From: an uncultured Verrucomicrobiae bacterium
Lineage (GTDB): Bacteria; Verrucomicrobiota; Verrucomicrobiia; Chthoniobacterales; Terrimicrobiaceae
Assembly (NCBI GenBank): GCA_963706955.1
Contig: CAVPOC010000008.1
Location: forward strand, 192,001 to 256,000
Reading direction: 5' to 3'
Length of the DNA: 64,000 nucleotides
Shown: one piece after another, positions 28,811-39,672 of the stretch
How positions within the stretch are numbered: position 1 is the first letter of the stretch
How the letters are laid out: each line of letters starts with the position of its first letter
Translations under genes and position numbers: made by a program
The notes under the pieces: generated by a model
The model's database searches: none
Told to the model about the DNA's origin: nothing
What the model saw: the letters and a program-made list of their open reading frames with translations, nothing else

Positions 28811-29622
28811 ACTCGCACGAAGAGCCAAAGATCTACCTGCTGCCGAACTTGATGACGGCCGGCAACCTCTTTTGCGGTTTTGCGGCGGTTTTGCGCATCA
28901 TCGAGGCTGCGTTGGTGATTCAACAGGGAGGATCAGCCGTGGCCCTCTACCACCAGGCACTTACATTTGTTCTCGGCGCCTGTCTTTTTGACCTTCTTGA
29001 CGGTCGCCTCGCCCGTCTCGGAGGGAGCGAAAGCCCTTTCGGCCGGGAGTTTGACTCACTGGCCGATATAGTCTCCTTTGGAATAGCACCTGCCCTATTG
29101 GTTTATCAGATCGTGCTTCGCGATTTCTATCGGACGGGTTGGTTGATCGCGTTTGTTTACCTTCTGTGCGGCGCGCTCAGGTTGGCCAGGTTTAATTGCT
29201 ACGCCAGTGCAAGGAACGGCAAGCCACAGGAAGATTTTATCGGCTTTCCCATTCCCGCCGCAGCCGGACTGATCGCGTCGCTGACCCTCTTCATGCTTTG
29301 GCTGGAAGAGGGTTCCAAAGAGATCGGGGCCTGGAAGTTCGCCTTGGCGGGCCTGATGCTCTTCCTGTCGTTCATGATGTTTAGCCGGGTGCGCTATCCC
29401 AGCTTTAAAGGGCTCGGCTGGAGGACCCAGCGATCGATACCGCGGTTTTTGCTGATCATTGTGGTCCTGGTCTTCAGCGCGATGTTTTACGAATGGATGC
29501 CGGCGTTGCTCTTCGTGACCTTTCTCGTTTACGGTTTTGTCCGTCCGTTTATTTCAAAGGCGCTGCGCCGCGAACTTGAGGAAGAAGAGGAGGACGATGT
29601 CAACGAAGAGTCGGCCAAGTAA
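28807..29622 (+). CDS. pssA: CDP-diacylglycerol-serine O-phosphatidyltransferase
   Basis: LPNLMT.GNLFCG, DLLDGRLAR...GREFDSLADIVSFG, LRLARFN. Confidence 0.93.
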   Translation: MNSHEEPKIYLLPNLMTAGNLFCGFAAVLRIIEAALVIQQGGSAVALYHQALTFVLGACLFDLLDGRLARLGGSESPFGREFDSLADIVSFGIAPALLVYQIVLRDFYRTGWLIAFVYLLCGALRLARFNCYASARNGKPQEDFIGFPIPAAAGLIASLTLFMLWLEEGSKEIGAWKFALAGLMLFLSFMMFSRVRYPSFKGLGWRTQRSIPRFLLIIVVLVFSAMFYEWMPALLFVTFLVYGFVRPFISKALRRELEEEEEDDVNEESAK

Positions 29623-29657
29623 GGGTTCTGGCGCTGCAGATAGTCTCCGCGTCGGTG

Positions 29658-29722
29658 TTGTAGCGACGATGTCCCCATCGTCGATCCTTCAAGCGCCGCC
29701 GGTGGGGACACCGGCGCTACAG
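29658..29722. repeat. REPIN-like inverted doublet of GTAG-type REPs
   Basis: TTGTAG-CGACGATG-TCCC-CATCGTCG ... CGCCGGTG-GGGA-CACCGGCG-CTACAG. Between convergent pssA and hppA. Confidence 0.8.
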
Positions 29723-29750
29723 GGAATGTCTTCCGGCGAGCGATTCCCGG

Positions 29751-31856
29751 CTAGAAGAAAATCGGGATGATGAGGATGGCAACGATGTTCACCACCTTGA
29801 TCATGGGATTGATGGCGGGACCGCTGGTGTCCTTGTAGGGATCTCCGACGGTGTCGCCCGTGACCGCGGCCTTGTGTGCTTCGGAGCCTTTGCCGCCGAA
29901 ATTTCCCTCCTCAATGTATTTCTTGGCGTTATCCCAAGCCCCGCCACTCGAGGTCATCGAAATACCCATGAACAAACCGGTGACGATGCTCCCGACCAGG
30001 ACACCGCCCAGGAGCTTCATGCCATCGGGAATGGCGGCGACAACCACAACTGCCACCACCGGAAGCAGTGCCGGCACGATCATTTCCTTGAGGGCGGCTT
30101 TGGTGACGATATCGACACACGTGCCGTACTCAGGGGTGTCGGTGCCCTTGAGGATGCCTGGATGTTGATTGAGTTGCCGGCGCACTTCAGTGACCACCGC
30201 GCCAGCGGCACGCCCGACTGCATTCATGCTGAAGGCAGAAAAGAGATAAGGCAGCAGCCCTCCGAGAAAAAGGCCGATGATAATCTTCGGGTCCTTTAGG
30301 GAAAAAGAGAGGGCTTGTTCAATTTGGGCCGGGTCCATGTGCATCTTGCTCGCCGGACTCAGGAGATGGTGCTTGAGGTCGACAAAATACGAGCCGAAGA
30401 GAACGACTGCAGCCAGGCCGGCGCTGGCAATGGCATAACCCTTCGTAACCGCCTTCATGGTATTGCCGACCGCATCCAGTTCGTCGGTGATGGTTCGGAC
30501 CGTCTTGGGCAAACCACTCATCACCGCTATGCCGCCGGCATTGTCTGTGATGGGCCCGAAGGCATCGAGCGAGATAATGATGCCTGACATCGAGAGCATC
30601 GCCATCACGGCGACAGCGATGCCATAGAGACCGGCCGCGCTGTGGCTCAGCCAAATCGATGCCGCAATGCAAAGCACCGGCAAGGCCGTTGCATGCAGGC
30701 CCACCCCGAGACCGGCGATAATGTTCGTCGCGTGTCCGGTAACGCTCGCTTCCGCTATCTTGCGAACCGGCGAATAACTGGTCGCGGTGTAGAAGTTTGT
30801 GATAAAAACTGCTGCTCCCGTCATCAAAAGGCCAATCAGCGAGGAAAAATAGATCCCACTCGCCGGATAGATCATTTCGGCACCGCTCAAGACATCGCGG
30901 GCCGTTAGACCCCTCGGAAAGAGAAGCATCGTCAGAGGCCAGAAAAGAACCGCGCAGATGAGAGCGGTGACGACGACTCCGCCGATAAGAGCATTGGTCG
31001 GCGTTGTATTGGAAACATTGACAAAGAAAATGCCAATGATCGAAGCGATAATTGCCGCTCCCCCAAGCAGAAATGGAAAGACCACAGGCGCGCCCAGACC
31101 GGCGGTAAGCGCCCCCACAAGCACAGTGCCAATGAGAGAAACTGCGTAGGTTTCGAAGACATCAGCCGCCATTCCAGCGCAATCGCCCACGTTGTCGCCG
31201 ACATTGTCGGCGATGGTCGCTGGATTACGCGGATCGTCCTCCTCGAGATTGGATTCCACCTTGCCAACGAGATCCGCCCCCACGTCGGCCGCCTTCGTGT
31301 AGATTCCGCCACCCAGGCGCGCGAAGACCGAAATCAGCGATGCGCCCAAAGCTACCCCGACGAGGCTGGCGATCGACTTGTCACCATTTATCCAGGACAT
31401 CAGTAGCCAAAAAATACCGACGGAAAGCAGCGCGAGTCCGACAACAAGAAGCCCGGTAACTGCCCCGCCATTAAAGGCGGCTTGAAGAGCCTTTTTGCGG
31501 TTCAGAGTGGCCCCTTGAGCTGTGCGAACATTGGCGACGACAGCGACCCGCATCCCGATGTAACCAGCGCTAAGAGAGCAGATTGCGCCCAAGACAAACC
31601 CTGCGGCCGTGGAAAAGTCACGGAACACCCACAGCAGGAAAAAAATGACGGCAGCTATGGCGCCGATGGTTACGATTTGTCGATTGAGGTAGGCCTGGGC
31701 TCCTTCTTGAATCGCACCGGCGATCTGGAGCATACGCTCGTTTCCTGTCGGCAAGGCCATTACCTGTTTGATGAGGAAGACAGCCCCGCCCAAGCCGAGA
31801 AGGCCGCACAAAAGGGCAATTACCATGCCTAGAGAAGCCAGAAATCCAGATGACAC
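29751..31856 (-). CDS. hppA: Membrane-bound proton-translocating pyrophosphatase (probably K+-independent)
   Basis: [56 protein letters not shown] has Lys at the K+-dependence position. Confidence 0.95.
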   Translation of the reverse strand: MSSGFLASLGMVIALLCGLLGLGGAVFLIKQVMALPTGNERMLQIAGAIQEGAQAYLNRQIVTIGAIAAVIFFLLWVFRDFSTAAGFVLGAICSLSAGYIGMRVAVVANVRTAQGATLNRKKALQAAFNGGAVTGLLVVGLALLSVGIFWLLMSWINGDKSIASLVGVALGASLISVFARLGGGIYTKAADVGADLVGKVESNLEEDDPRNPATIADNVGDNVGDCAGMAADVFETYAVSLIGTVLVGALTAGLGAPVVFPFLLGGAAIIASIIGIFFVNVSNTTPTNALIGGVVVTALICAVLFWPLTMLLFPRGLTARDVLSGAEMIYPASGIYFSSLIGLLMTGAAVFITNFYTATSYSPVRKIAEASVTGHATNIIAGLGVGLHATALPVLCIAASIWLSHSAAGLYGIAVAVMAMLSMSGIIISLDAFGPITDNAGGIAVMSGLPKTVRTITDELDAVGNTMKAVTKGYAIASAGLAAVVLFGSYFVDLKHHLLSPASKMHMDPAQIEQALSFSLKDPKIIIGLFLGGLLPYLFSAFSMNAVGRAAGAVVTEVRRQLNQHPGILKGTDTPEYGTCVDIVTKAALKEMIVPALLPVVAVVVVAAIPDGMKLLGGVLVGSIVTGLFMGISMTSSGGAWDNAKKYIEEGNFGGKGSEAHKAAVTGDTVGDPYKDTSGPAINPMIKVVNIVAILIIPIFF

Positions 31857-31969
31857 AGGGCGCTTAGGTATTGAAGGGCCGCAGAGTTTAGCCCGACGCC
31901 GCCGTGACGCAACGATGTTTTGCAGGTCCCAGTAAACTGCGCATAGCCCAATCCGTCGCGGGTAGACTT

Positions 31970-32881
31970 CTAGCCTGAATTTGAGCCTCCGCTACTGACG
32001 ATTGCGAGGATCGCCTTTTGGGTATGCAAACGGTTCTCTGCCTGGCGAAAAATCGTGTCGGCGTGTTCCTCGAAAATGTCCTCGGCGATCTCCTTTCCTC
32101 GATATGCCGGCAAGCAGTGTAAGACCAGGGCATCGGGCGCTACCGAGAGCAAATCGCGGTTGATCTGATACTTTTGCAACTGCGCCATGCGCAAGGCCGA
32201 CTCGCTCTCCTTTCCCATGCTCACCCAGACATCTGTATAGAGGACACCCGCGCCGCGGGCTGCTTCCAGCGGATCTTCAAAGAATTCCACGTGGGTGGAA
32301 ACACCGTTCGCCAGCTCCGGCGGCGGCCGAAATTTCTCGGGAGTCGCGACACGAAGTTGAAAATTGCATCGGACGGCCGCCCACATCCATGACCGAGCTA
32401 CGTTGCAATCGCCATCCCCGATAAATGCTACCGGGCTCCGCTCAAGCGAGCGTCCGCTCTCTTCGATCGTGAACAGATCGGAGAGGATCTGACATGGATG
32501 CTCGGCGTCCGTAAGCGCGTTGATAGTCGGAATGCCGCTGAACTTCGCGAAATCCTCGACATCGCTTTGCGCGAAAGTCCGGATGACCACGCCGTGCAGC
32601 ATTCGTCCCATCACCCGCGCAGTGTCCTTGATTGGTTCGCCGCGGCCGAGCTGGATATCGCCGCCTGCCAGGAACATGACCGTTCCTCCTAATTCGCGAA
32701 TCCCCACTTCAAAGGACACCCGCGTTCGCGTCGACGATTTCGAGAACATCAATGCCCAACATTTGTCTCGCAGCGGATGCGCAGCGTGCGAACCTCGGTT
32801 CGCCTTGACGGCGTGGCTGAGAAAGACAATGCGCTCAATTTCGTCGCGACTCAGCGACTCAATGGAAAGAAGATTTTTCAT
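31970..32881 (-). CDS. argF: Ornithine carbamoyltransferase
   Basis: [24 protein letters not shown]. Confidence 0.95.
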   Translation of the reverse strand: MKNLLSIESLSRDEIERIVFLSHAVKANRGSHAAHPLRDKCWALMFSKSSTRTRVSFEVGIRELGGTVMFLAGGDIQLGRGEPIKDTARVMGRMLHGVVIRTFAQSDVEDFAKFSGIPTINALTDAEHPCQILSDLFTIEESGRSLERSPVAFIGDGDCNVARSWMWAAVRCNFQLRVATPEKFRPPPELANGVSTHVEFFEDPLEAARGAGVLYTDVWVSMGKESESALRMAQLQKYQINRDLLSVAPDALVLHCLPAYRGKEIAEDIFEEHADTIFRQAENRLHTQKAILAIVSSGGSNSG

Positions 32882-32962
32882 GAAGTGACTAGGAACCCGT
32901 CAGAGCTGGGATAAAGAATAACAGAGGTGCGACATGCCTAAATTTCCAAGCCGAAGGACGAG

Positions 32963-34159
32963 CTAGGCTGCGCTTAACGAATGCCCGATCTTTTCCAAGG
33001 CCTCATCGACCTCGGCAGCGGTCACGTTTAGGGGAGGCAGGAACCGAATGACGCGTTCTCCTGCCGGGATCACTAGCAATCCAAGCGCCATCAAATTCTT
33101 AACAAAGGGGATAGCGACATTCGCATCAGTCTCATCCGCGAGTTCGAACCCCACCATTAAACCAATTCCCCGGACTTCTCGGATCCGCGGACTTTTGAGT
33201 CCGAGCAGGCCGTCACGAAGCCGTGCACCTTGGACGACGGCGTTTTCGCAAAGCCGATCACGTTGAATTATCTCGAGCACCTTTGCAGCGGCGGCACAAC
33301 AGACCGGATTGCCACCGTAGGTGGTGCCGTGGGTGCCAGGTCCGAGCAGATCGCAGACCCCGCGCGAGCTAGTAGCCCAGAACGCACCGAGAGGAAATCC
33401 ATTGGCGATCCCCTTGGCCCAACTCACGCCGTCGGGCATCACGTTGGGATCCACACTTTTCCAGCCACACCAGTCTCCCGTGCGGCCGAGACCGCATTGG
33501 ATCTCATCAAAAAGCAGAAGGAGATCGTGGCGGTCACAAATGAGGCGCAGCCCCGCAAGAAAGTCGGCACTCGCGACATGGATACCTCCCTCTCCTTGCA
33601 CCGGCTCCACCAGAATAGCCGCGGTCTTCGGTCCAATGGCAGCAGAAACGGCATCCAAATCCTGGAAAGGAAGATGAACGAAGCCATCCAGCAGAGGGGC
33701 AAAGCCCTTCTTAATCTTCTCCTGAGCGGTTGCGGAGATGCCCGCCATGGTTCGGCCGTGAAAGGAGTTCTTAAAGGTGAGGATTTCGTAGCGCCCGGCA
33801 GCGTTTCCGAACTTGCGAGTGAGTTTGATCAATCCCTCGTTTGCCTCGGCGCCGCTGTTGCAAAAAAAGACCTTGCCAGGCCCGACCAATCCTACCAGGC
33901 GGCGGGCGAGTTCGGCTTGAGGGCCCGTCCGATACAGGTTGGATGTATGGACAAGGGTCGAAGCTTGTTTGCTCACCGCCTCGGTAATCTCCGGATGGGC
34001 GTGACCGAGCGAACACACGGCAATTCCCGCGCCAAAGTCGAGGTATTCCTTCCCATCAAAATCCCACACGCGACAGCCCGCGCCACGTGCGATGTCGAGT
34101 TCGAATCTCCCATACGTGGGCATGACAAACTCACTGTAGAGAGAGGCAAGTGCGGCCAT
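32963..34159 (-). CDS. argD: Acetylornithine aminotransferase
   Basis: NSGAEANE, SFHGRT, EPVQGEGG, DEIQCGLGRTG, AKG, HGTTYGGNP; immediately upstream of argF. Confidence 0.9.
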   Translation of the reverse strand: MAALASLYSEFVMPTYGRFELDIARGAGCRVWDFDGKEYLDFGAGIAVCSLGHAHPEITEAVSKQASTLVHTSNLYRTGPQAELARRLVGLVGPGKVFFCNSGAEANEGLIKLTRKFGNAAGRYEILTFKNSFHGRTMAGISATAQEKIKKGFAPLLDGFVHLPFQDLDAVSAAIGPKTAAILVEPVQGEGGIHVASADFLAGLRLICDRHDLLLLFDEIQCGLGRTGDWCGWKSVDPNVMPDGVSWAKGIANGFPLGAFWATSSRGVCDLLGPGTHGTTYGGNPVCCAAAAKVLEIIQRDRLCENAVVQGARLRDGLLGLKSPRIREVRGIGLMVGFELADETDANVAIPFVKNLMALGLLVIPAGERVIRFLPPLNVTAAEVDEALEKIGHSLSAA

Positions 34160-34231
34160 TAGGAAGTTGGATCGCTTAAGGCAGGATGCGTCGATCAATT
34201 TCTCTTACGGAGGAGCTCGACCGAACGACCA

Positions 34232-35665
34232 TCAAACAGCTTCGCCGTAGGAACTCTCCACGCGCTCGGCCACATCCCGATACCCGTAGTCCACTTCGTA
34301 AATCTGTTTCATGCACTCGATGGACTTTTCTTCCTGGGACATCTTTTCGTAAACCAGCCCAAGGTTGTAAACGATTTCTTTTTTGATGTTGTCCATCTGA
34401 GCCAGCTCACTCGCCGCTGCAGAGAGGATATTGGCGGCCAGATCGAACATTTTGCGTTCGGTGTAGCATCTCCCCAGCAAGTTCATCGCCCGAAGCCGCA
34501 CGTTCGGATTTTGCCGCGCCCGCTGAAGTTCGGAGATCGCATCCTTGTAGTTACCGAGGCTGACGAAAATTTCGCCGAGCTCAAAGCGAAGCTGCAGGTC
34601 GGTCGGGTTGCGTTCGACGCGCTTTCTCGCTTCCTCAAGGAAGAGCTCAGCGCGCTGTCGCTTCATTTCCTCAAGCTGGCTCGCCTGCTCGGAGTCTACC
34701 GCGCCAGCTGGGACCGAGGCAACAGCCTCCTCAAGCCTGGCAATCACCTTATCCAATTGTTTGATTCGAAGGTCGGAGACCTTGCGAACCAAGGCAAAGT
34801 CGGTGTACTGCGAGAGTTGGGCCGCATAGCCGAACCAAGTGACGGCATTTTCCAGATCGTTCTTTTCCTCGTAAAGTTCGGCGATGCGGCGAGCGGTGTC
34901 GAGATTCTCAGGGTCCTGAACATATTTCTCGGCGAGCTCTCCAAGCAGGAAGTCGATCATGTCATCACCGCGATAAACCCTCGCCTGCTGTTCGAGGGCG
35001 ATCGCCTGATCCTTGTCTTTGATCAAATCACGATACGTGGTCTCCTCGCGTTCCCATCCTCCTCTTTGCATCGAAGCGGCCGCAGCGGCGTCTTTGCCAC
35101 CTTTGACAGCCGCGAGATCGTTGGGATTAATTTCCAGAATCTTTCCATAGACATCGCCCGCTTTCGATGGGCGCTCATTTTCCATGTAGAGCCTGGCAAG
35201 CTCATGCATGGTCTTCGTGTCCTTTGGATTTCCGGCGACGATCGTTTCGAGGGCAAAGAGGGCCGTCTCCGGCATTTTGGCCGCGAGAGCCGCTTCCTTC
35301 AGCAGAGTATTTGCCTGCGGGCCGTAGGGTTCGGACTCAAGCATTTTCTCGATCGCATCCAGCGCGTTCACAGGATCTTTTTTCACTTGGCTCTGAATCC
35401 TCATCATCGAAAGAGAGGCGCTGGACAGACTGTGCATCCTCACGGCGCTGGACATACTGCCGAGAACGCTCCGTTTCGCTCCCGACTTGGCCACCGCCGC
35501 CTTGCGCGCAAGCTGGCGCCCGAGGAGGAAATCCGGATGAGCCCGTAGCACAGCCTGCAGGAGCTGAATCGCGTAGGCGTAATTTCGAAGCTCCATTGCG
35601 CTCAGCGCCTTCAGCCAGGTCGCTCTTTGGCTTTCCGGCAGGTCTTTTTCCGATTTCACAGCCAT
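34232..35665 (-). CDS. Tetratricopeptide-repeat protein
   Basis: Multiple TPR-like helical repeats (e.g. LRFELGEIFVSLGNYKDAISEL, YNLGLVYEKM). Start taken at MAVKSEKDL. Confidence 0.75.
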   Translation of the reverse strand: MAVKSEKDLPESQRATWLKALSAMELRNYAYAIQLLQAVLRAHPDFLLGRQLARKAAVAKSGAKRSVLGSMSSAVRMHSLSSASLSMMRIQSQVKKDPVNALDAIEKMLESEPYGPQANTLLKEAALAAKMPETALFALETIVAGNPKDTKTMHELARLYMENERPSKAGDVYGKILEINPNDLAAVKGGKDAAAAASMQRGGWEREETTYRDLIKDKDQAIALEQQARVYRGDDMIDFLLGELAEKYVQDPENLDTARRIAELYEEKNDLENAVTWFGYAAQLSQYTDFALVRKVSDLRIKQLDKVIARLEEAVASVPAGAVDSEQASQLEEMKRQRAELFLEEARKRVERNPTDLQLRFELGEIFVSLGNYKDAISELQRARQNPNVRLRAMNLLGRCYTERKMFDLAANILSAAASELAQMDNIKKEIVYNLGLVYEKMSQEEKSIECMKQIYEVDYGYRDVAERVESSYGEAV

Positions 35666-35723
35666 AGCATAAGATGTGCGATTCGCCGGTGGCTTCAACG
35701 TGCTTTCCCGACGTGCCTCCTCG

Positions 35724-36033
35724 CTAACGGTTTGCCGGCGCCGGACCAGGAGTGGGCCGGTTTGTTGCCGGGCCGGCCGGCGGCGCCTTCTGAGCCGGAG
35801 AACTTGTCGGGATGGGCGAAGAGGCCGGCGTCGGAGATGATTGACCGGGCGGGCGAGCCCGTGCGCTCTCTTCCCTGGAAAGCACCGACCCGACGAAAAA
35901 CAGAAGTGCATTCCACTCGCACCTTTGCTCCCTCGGGGAACCTTGCTGACCCATGCTCAAAGAGAACGACAAAACCAAAAGTTAATACGGCGAGAAGAAT
36001 CAGCCTGACGACGAATCTGAGCAAAAATCTCAT
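35724..36033 (-). pseudogene. Small membrane protein, apparently frameshifted near 35918
   Basis: ATG at 36033 overlaps the upstream stop (ATGA). MRFLLRFVVRLILLAVLTFGFVVLFEHG...GAKV continues more plausibly in another frame as EWNALLFFVGSVLS plus a Pro-rich tail. Confidence 0.45.
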
Positions 36034-36950
36034 CGCAAGAACTCTGATGTGATGAAAAAGCCGCGCCTCAACGATTCGCCCGGCGCAATTCTTTGGATTC
36101 CGATCTTTTCTTCGAATTGTTTGGGCGGGTTGCTGTCCGGCAAACCCCAGCACGGCTCGATGCAGATGAAGGTCGGCTTGTCGGCCCAAAGGGTCACGAA
36201 TGGAACTTCCGAAAAGTCAAAACCGATGCGTCTGCCAAGATTCGGATCTTCGAGCACAATAATTCGCTTGGACACACCCTCCAGGCCAACCAAATAGGAA
36301 TCGGGCAGCTTGGCTTTGGCAAAGGGCATTTCGCCACCGGCAAATTCAATTTTCTCGGTGCGGCCATCGAGGAAATTTCCCGGCGCAAAGTAGCGCACGT
36401 AGGTTCCTGGCGGGAGCAGAACTTTGCAGTCGTCCAACGACGACACCGCAAAACCTGGGTGCAGACCAAAGCTTACATGCGCATCCAGCTCGGCTTCCTC
36501 ATTCGTGAAGAGAAATTCGATCCTCAGCCCGTCGCTCAAAAGTGCGTAGCTCAAGGAGAGCGAGACTTTGAGCGGATAGGCGTCCGGCGGAACGCGGCTG
36601 GCAGGAACCCGATAGACGAGCGCTGCGCCACTAACCTCGGGGGGATCGAAGACGAAGTGGCGCAAAAAACCATGATTACCGCCGCGAATCGTGAAGCCAC
36701 GATAATTCGATTGTTCCTTCCAAAGCCGATGAAGAAAATATCCCATGACGGTGGCATGATTCGCCCAACCGGAATCTGGAGGTGCGGTTTCGCCATCGCG
36801 ATAAAGAAATCCCTGCCACTCGCCAGCCGGATCCCGCCTTGCCAAGGAGATCATCTCTGCTCCGGTCCGACTTACGGCAACCCGGAGATCGGAGGTTTCG
36901 AGAATATCCAGTGTGACGCCATTTTTCTGAAGCGTTTGGGAGGCTGCCAT
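36030..36950 (-). CDS. Aldose 1-epimerase / galactose mutarotase-like protein
   Basis: GAEMISL, NHGFLR, FGLHPGF, FICIEPC. Confidence 0.8.
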   Translation of the reverse strand: MAASQTLQKNGVTLDILETSDLRVAVSRTGAEMISLARRDPAGEWQGFLYRDGETAPPDSGWANHATVMGYFLHRLWKEQSNYRGFTIRGGNHGFLRHFVFDPPEVSGAALVYRVPASRVPPDAYPLKVSLSLSYALLSDGLRIEFLFTNEEAELDAHVSFGLHPGFAVSSLDDCKVLLPPGTYVRYFAPGNFLDGRTEKIEFAGGEMPFAKAKLPDSYLVGLEGVSKRIIVLEDPNLGRRIGFDFSEVPFVTLWADKPTFICIEPCWGLPDSNPPKQFEEKIGIQRIAPGESLRRGFFITSEFLR

Positions 36951-37007
36951 GCCGATGATCAGAGCAGATTTCTTGCAGCAATTCAAATTCTCCCTCCATA
37001 TTCCGGT

Positions 37008-37400
37008 GTGCAGCGCCGCCAACTGCTCGAGCGAATGAAATCGCTCGGCGTGCGAGCCGAGGATCTCGAGGAGACCTTCTCGCGCTCGGGAGGCCCCGGA
37101 GGCCAGCACGTCAACAAGGTCAGCTCGGCCGCCACACTTCTTCATCGCCCCACGGGGATCAGTGTGACCGCCTCCGACAGCCGCTCGCAGGCCGCGAATC
37201 GGCAGTTGGCACTTGGTCGTCTCCTCGACCTGCTGGAAAGACATGCCGAACGATCCCGTCAGGCGCAATCGGCGGCAGTTTCAAAAGCTCGCCGACAAAA
37301 AGCCCGTCGCTCTCGCCAAACCAAAGCCGAGATGGCGGAAGGCAAACGGCGCCGCGCCCAGGTAAAGAAACTGCGCCGCAAGGTTGAACCGGAGGCGTGA
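37008..37400 (+). CDS. arfB: Alternative ribosome-rescue peptidyl-tRNA hydrolase (ArfB/YaeJ-like)
   Basis: FSRSGGPGGQHVNK, RSQ..NR..A, basic C-terminal tail. GTG start is uncertain. Confidence 0.8.
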   Translation: MQRRQLLERMKSLGVRAEDLEETFSRSGGPGGQHVNKVSSAATLLHRPTGISVTASDSRSQAANRQLALGRLLDLLERHAERSRQAQSAAVSKARRQKARRSRQTKAEMAEGKRRRAQVKKLRRKVEPEA

Positions 37401-37492
37401 AGCGCGTCCTTGCGTTCGCAAAATTCCGCGATGAAACGCATGCGGAAAATTAACTTCCAGTGCATCACCGGCGCTCATAGATTCGGCGCGTC

Positions 37493-38380
37493 ATGGACCT
37501 GCTCGCGTGTGATCTCCCGGGAATCACGAAATATCGCAGCGGCAAAGTTCGCGAAGTCTTCGACCTTGGAGAGAATCTTCTCCTCGTTGCCACCGACCGG
37601 ATCTCGGCGTTCGACTGCATCCTCCCAAACGCCATTCCCCATAAGGGGGAGGTGCTCAATCAAATTTCGGCGTTTTGGTTTGAGAAACTCGACTTCGTTC
37701 CCAACCATGTCGTCGCGACGCACTTTCGTTTATTTCCAGCCAGCCTCAAACCATTTGAAGACCAGATTGCAGGCCGTTCGATGATTGTGAAGAAAACCGC
37801 GCCGCTGCCCGTCGAGTGTGTCGCCCGCGGCTATCTCGCAGGATCTGGTTGGAAGGAATATCAGGAAAAAGGAAGTATTGGCGGAAATGGCCTCCCCGAT
37901 GGGCTTCGTCAGAGCGATCGTCTCCCAGAGACCCTTTTCACGCCGGCAATCAAGGCGACCTCGGGCCATGACGAGAACATTAGCTGGCGGGAATGCCGAG
38001 CTCTCTTAGGAGACGACATCGCGCTGCAAGTTCGTCAGTGGACGATTGACCTCTACGAGCACGGTCGAGCCTATGCCGCGCAGAGCGGGATCATTGTTGC
38101 CGACACCAAGTTCGAGTTTGGAGTCCTCGACGACGAAGTCATACTGATCGACGAATGCCTCACGCCCGATTCCTCGCGATTCTGGGCCGCAGACACATAC
38201 TCCCCCGGAAGCAGTCCGCCCTCTTTCGACAAACAATTCGTGCGAGACTACTTAGAATCGGTGAACTGGAACAAGCAGCCGCCGTCTCCCTCGCTCCCGC
38301 CCGAGATCATCGCGCGCACCTCCGAGAAGTACCTCGATGCATACGGCCGCCTCACCGGGCTTCGGCTGGCCCCTATTTAG
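37493..38380 (+). CDS. purC: SAICAR synthetase
   Basis: GKVRE, TDRISAFD, ECVARGYLAGSGW, ADTKFEFG, TPDSSRFW, DKQFVRD. Confidence 0.96.
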   Translation: MDLLACDLPGITKYRSGKVREVFDLGENLLLVATDRISAFDCILPNAIPHKGEVLNQISAFWFEKLDFVPNHVVATHFRLFPASLKPFEDQIAGRSMIVKKTAPLPVECVARGYLAGSGWKEYQEKGSIGGNGLPDGLRQSDRLPETLFTPAIKATSGHDENISWRECRALLGDDIALQVRQWTIDLYEHGRAYAAQSGIIVADTKFEFGVLDDEVILIDECLTPDSSRFWAADTYSPGSSPPSFDKQFVRDYLESVNWNKQPPSPSLPPEIIARTSEKYLDAYGRLTGLRLAPI

Positions 38381-38440
38381 ACAGCGCCATCTCACTCGAC
38401 GATCAGGCGGCTCGATTCAACCTCGCGCGGTTCCGCTCGC

Positions 38441-39331
38441 ATGGAACAGTTGATCGATCAATTCATTCTCTATCTGGCGACCGAACGTGGGCTCTCGACC
38501 AATTACCAGCTGTCGACCCGACGTTCTCTGGAAACGTTCGCGAAATGGCTGGTCGCGTCGGCCAAAGTTTCCACTTTCGAAGACATAAGAGCGGGCCACT
38601 TCGCCGAGTATCTGACTTGGCGAAAGCGGGCGGGGCTGGCGACCGCGTCGATCAAACTGGAAGCAATCGCACTGAGGGTGTTCTTTCGCTTTCTGCTCGC
38701 AAGAAAGATTCTCTTGAGCAACCCGGCGGAGAACCTGGGGCTTCCCCGGATCGAAAAATATTTGCCGGAGACGCTGGACGCCGCGGCAATCAAGCGCCTG
38801 CTTGAAAGTGTCGGCGACACCGACGCGCTCGGCTTGCGCGACCGAGCGATGCTCGAGCTGCTTTACGCGAGTGGCCTGAGAATTTCTGAGCTCTGCACGA
38901 TCAGACTCGAAAATCTCGATTTAGAGGAAGGGATGATCCGCGTGACCGGCAAAGGAAACAAGACCCGCCTGGTTCCGGTCGGGTCTGAAGCGTGCCGGGC
39001 CTTGGGCCGATACTTGGAACTCGAAAGACCAAGACTCGTTTCGCGGCGCACGGGAGCGGAGGTCTTTCTCTCCATCCGCGGAAGAAAGCTGACTCCGCAA
39101 CGGGTGTGGCAATTGATCAAGGCTTACGCCGCGCGTGCCGGGCTTGACGCCAACGTCTACCCTCACCTTTTCCGGCATAGCTTCGCCACCCACCTACTCG
39201 CTGGGGGGGCTGATCTACGCATCATTCAGGAGATGCTTGGTCACGCCGACATCTCCACAACGCAAATTTACACGCACGTGGACTCCACCCATTTGAAGAC
39301 TGTCCATCGGAAGTTCCACCCTCGCGCCTAG
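38441..39331 (+). CDS. xerD: Site-specific tyrosine recombinase, XerD-type
   Basis: RDRAMLELLYASGLRISEL, GKGNKTRLVP, PHLFRHSFATHLL, IQEMLGHADISTTQIYTHV, HPRA. Confidence 0.85.
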   Translation: MEQLIDQFILYLATERGLSTNYQLSTRRSLETFAKWLVASAKVSTFEDIRAGHFAEYLTWRKRAGLATASIKLEAIALRVFFRFLLARKILLSNPAENLGLPRIEKYLPETLDAAAIKRLLESVGDTDALGLRDRAMLELLYASGLRISELCTIRLENLDLEEGMIRVTGKGNKTRLVPVGSEACRALGRYLELERPRLVSRRTGAEVFLSIRGRKLTPQRVWQLIKAYAARAGLDANVYPHLFRHSFATHLLAGGADLRIIQEMLGHADISTTQIYTHVDSTHLKTVHRKFHPRA

Positions 39332-39635
39332 GAGACTGTTGAAAAACTCACGTATGCCACGTTGCTGCCAATTTTCGGAAGATCGCAAGGAGCCAAGCGC
39401 AGGTCGTAGCCGCAGTGCTACGGACAAGCTTGGCGACACCGCGAGGGCCGAAAATTAGCGCAACCCGGAGGGCGCGAACTCTTTGGGGCACCTTGGAAGG
39501 GTGAGGGGCCCCTTCCCCTCACGGGCGTCGCTCCTCAGTTACAGCCCCTTGAGGGGATGCTCCTTCGTCGCTTCACCGATATCTACCCCAAAGAGCTCGC
39601 GCGTGACATGCGTGAGTTCTTCAACAGTCTCCTAG
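39328..39635. mobile_element. MITE-like non-autonomous element flanked by CTAG
   Basis: 34-nt terminal inverted repeats including CTAG: CTAGGAGACTGTTGAAAAACTCACGTATGCCACG versus the reverse complement of the right end, 3 mismatches. No transposase; nested internal stems. Confidence 0.75.
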
Positions 39636-39672
39636 GCGAAACGCCAAGCGCCTCGCATGCTCGCAGTAAGTG

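Noticed and set aside
38441..39331. Tyrosine recombinase as a prophage or island integrase
   Set aside because: XerD-type size and motifs, housekeeping neighbours, no att repeats or phage genes.
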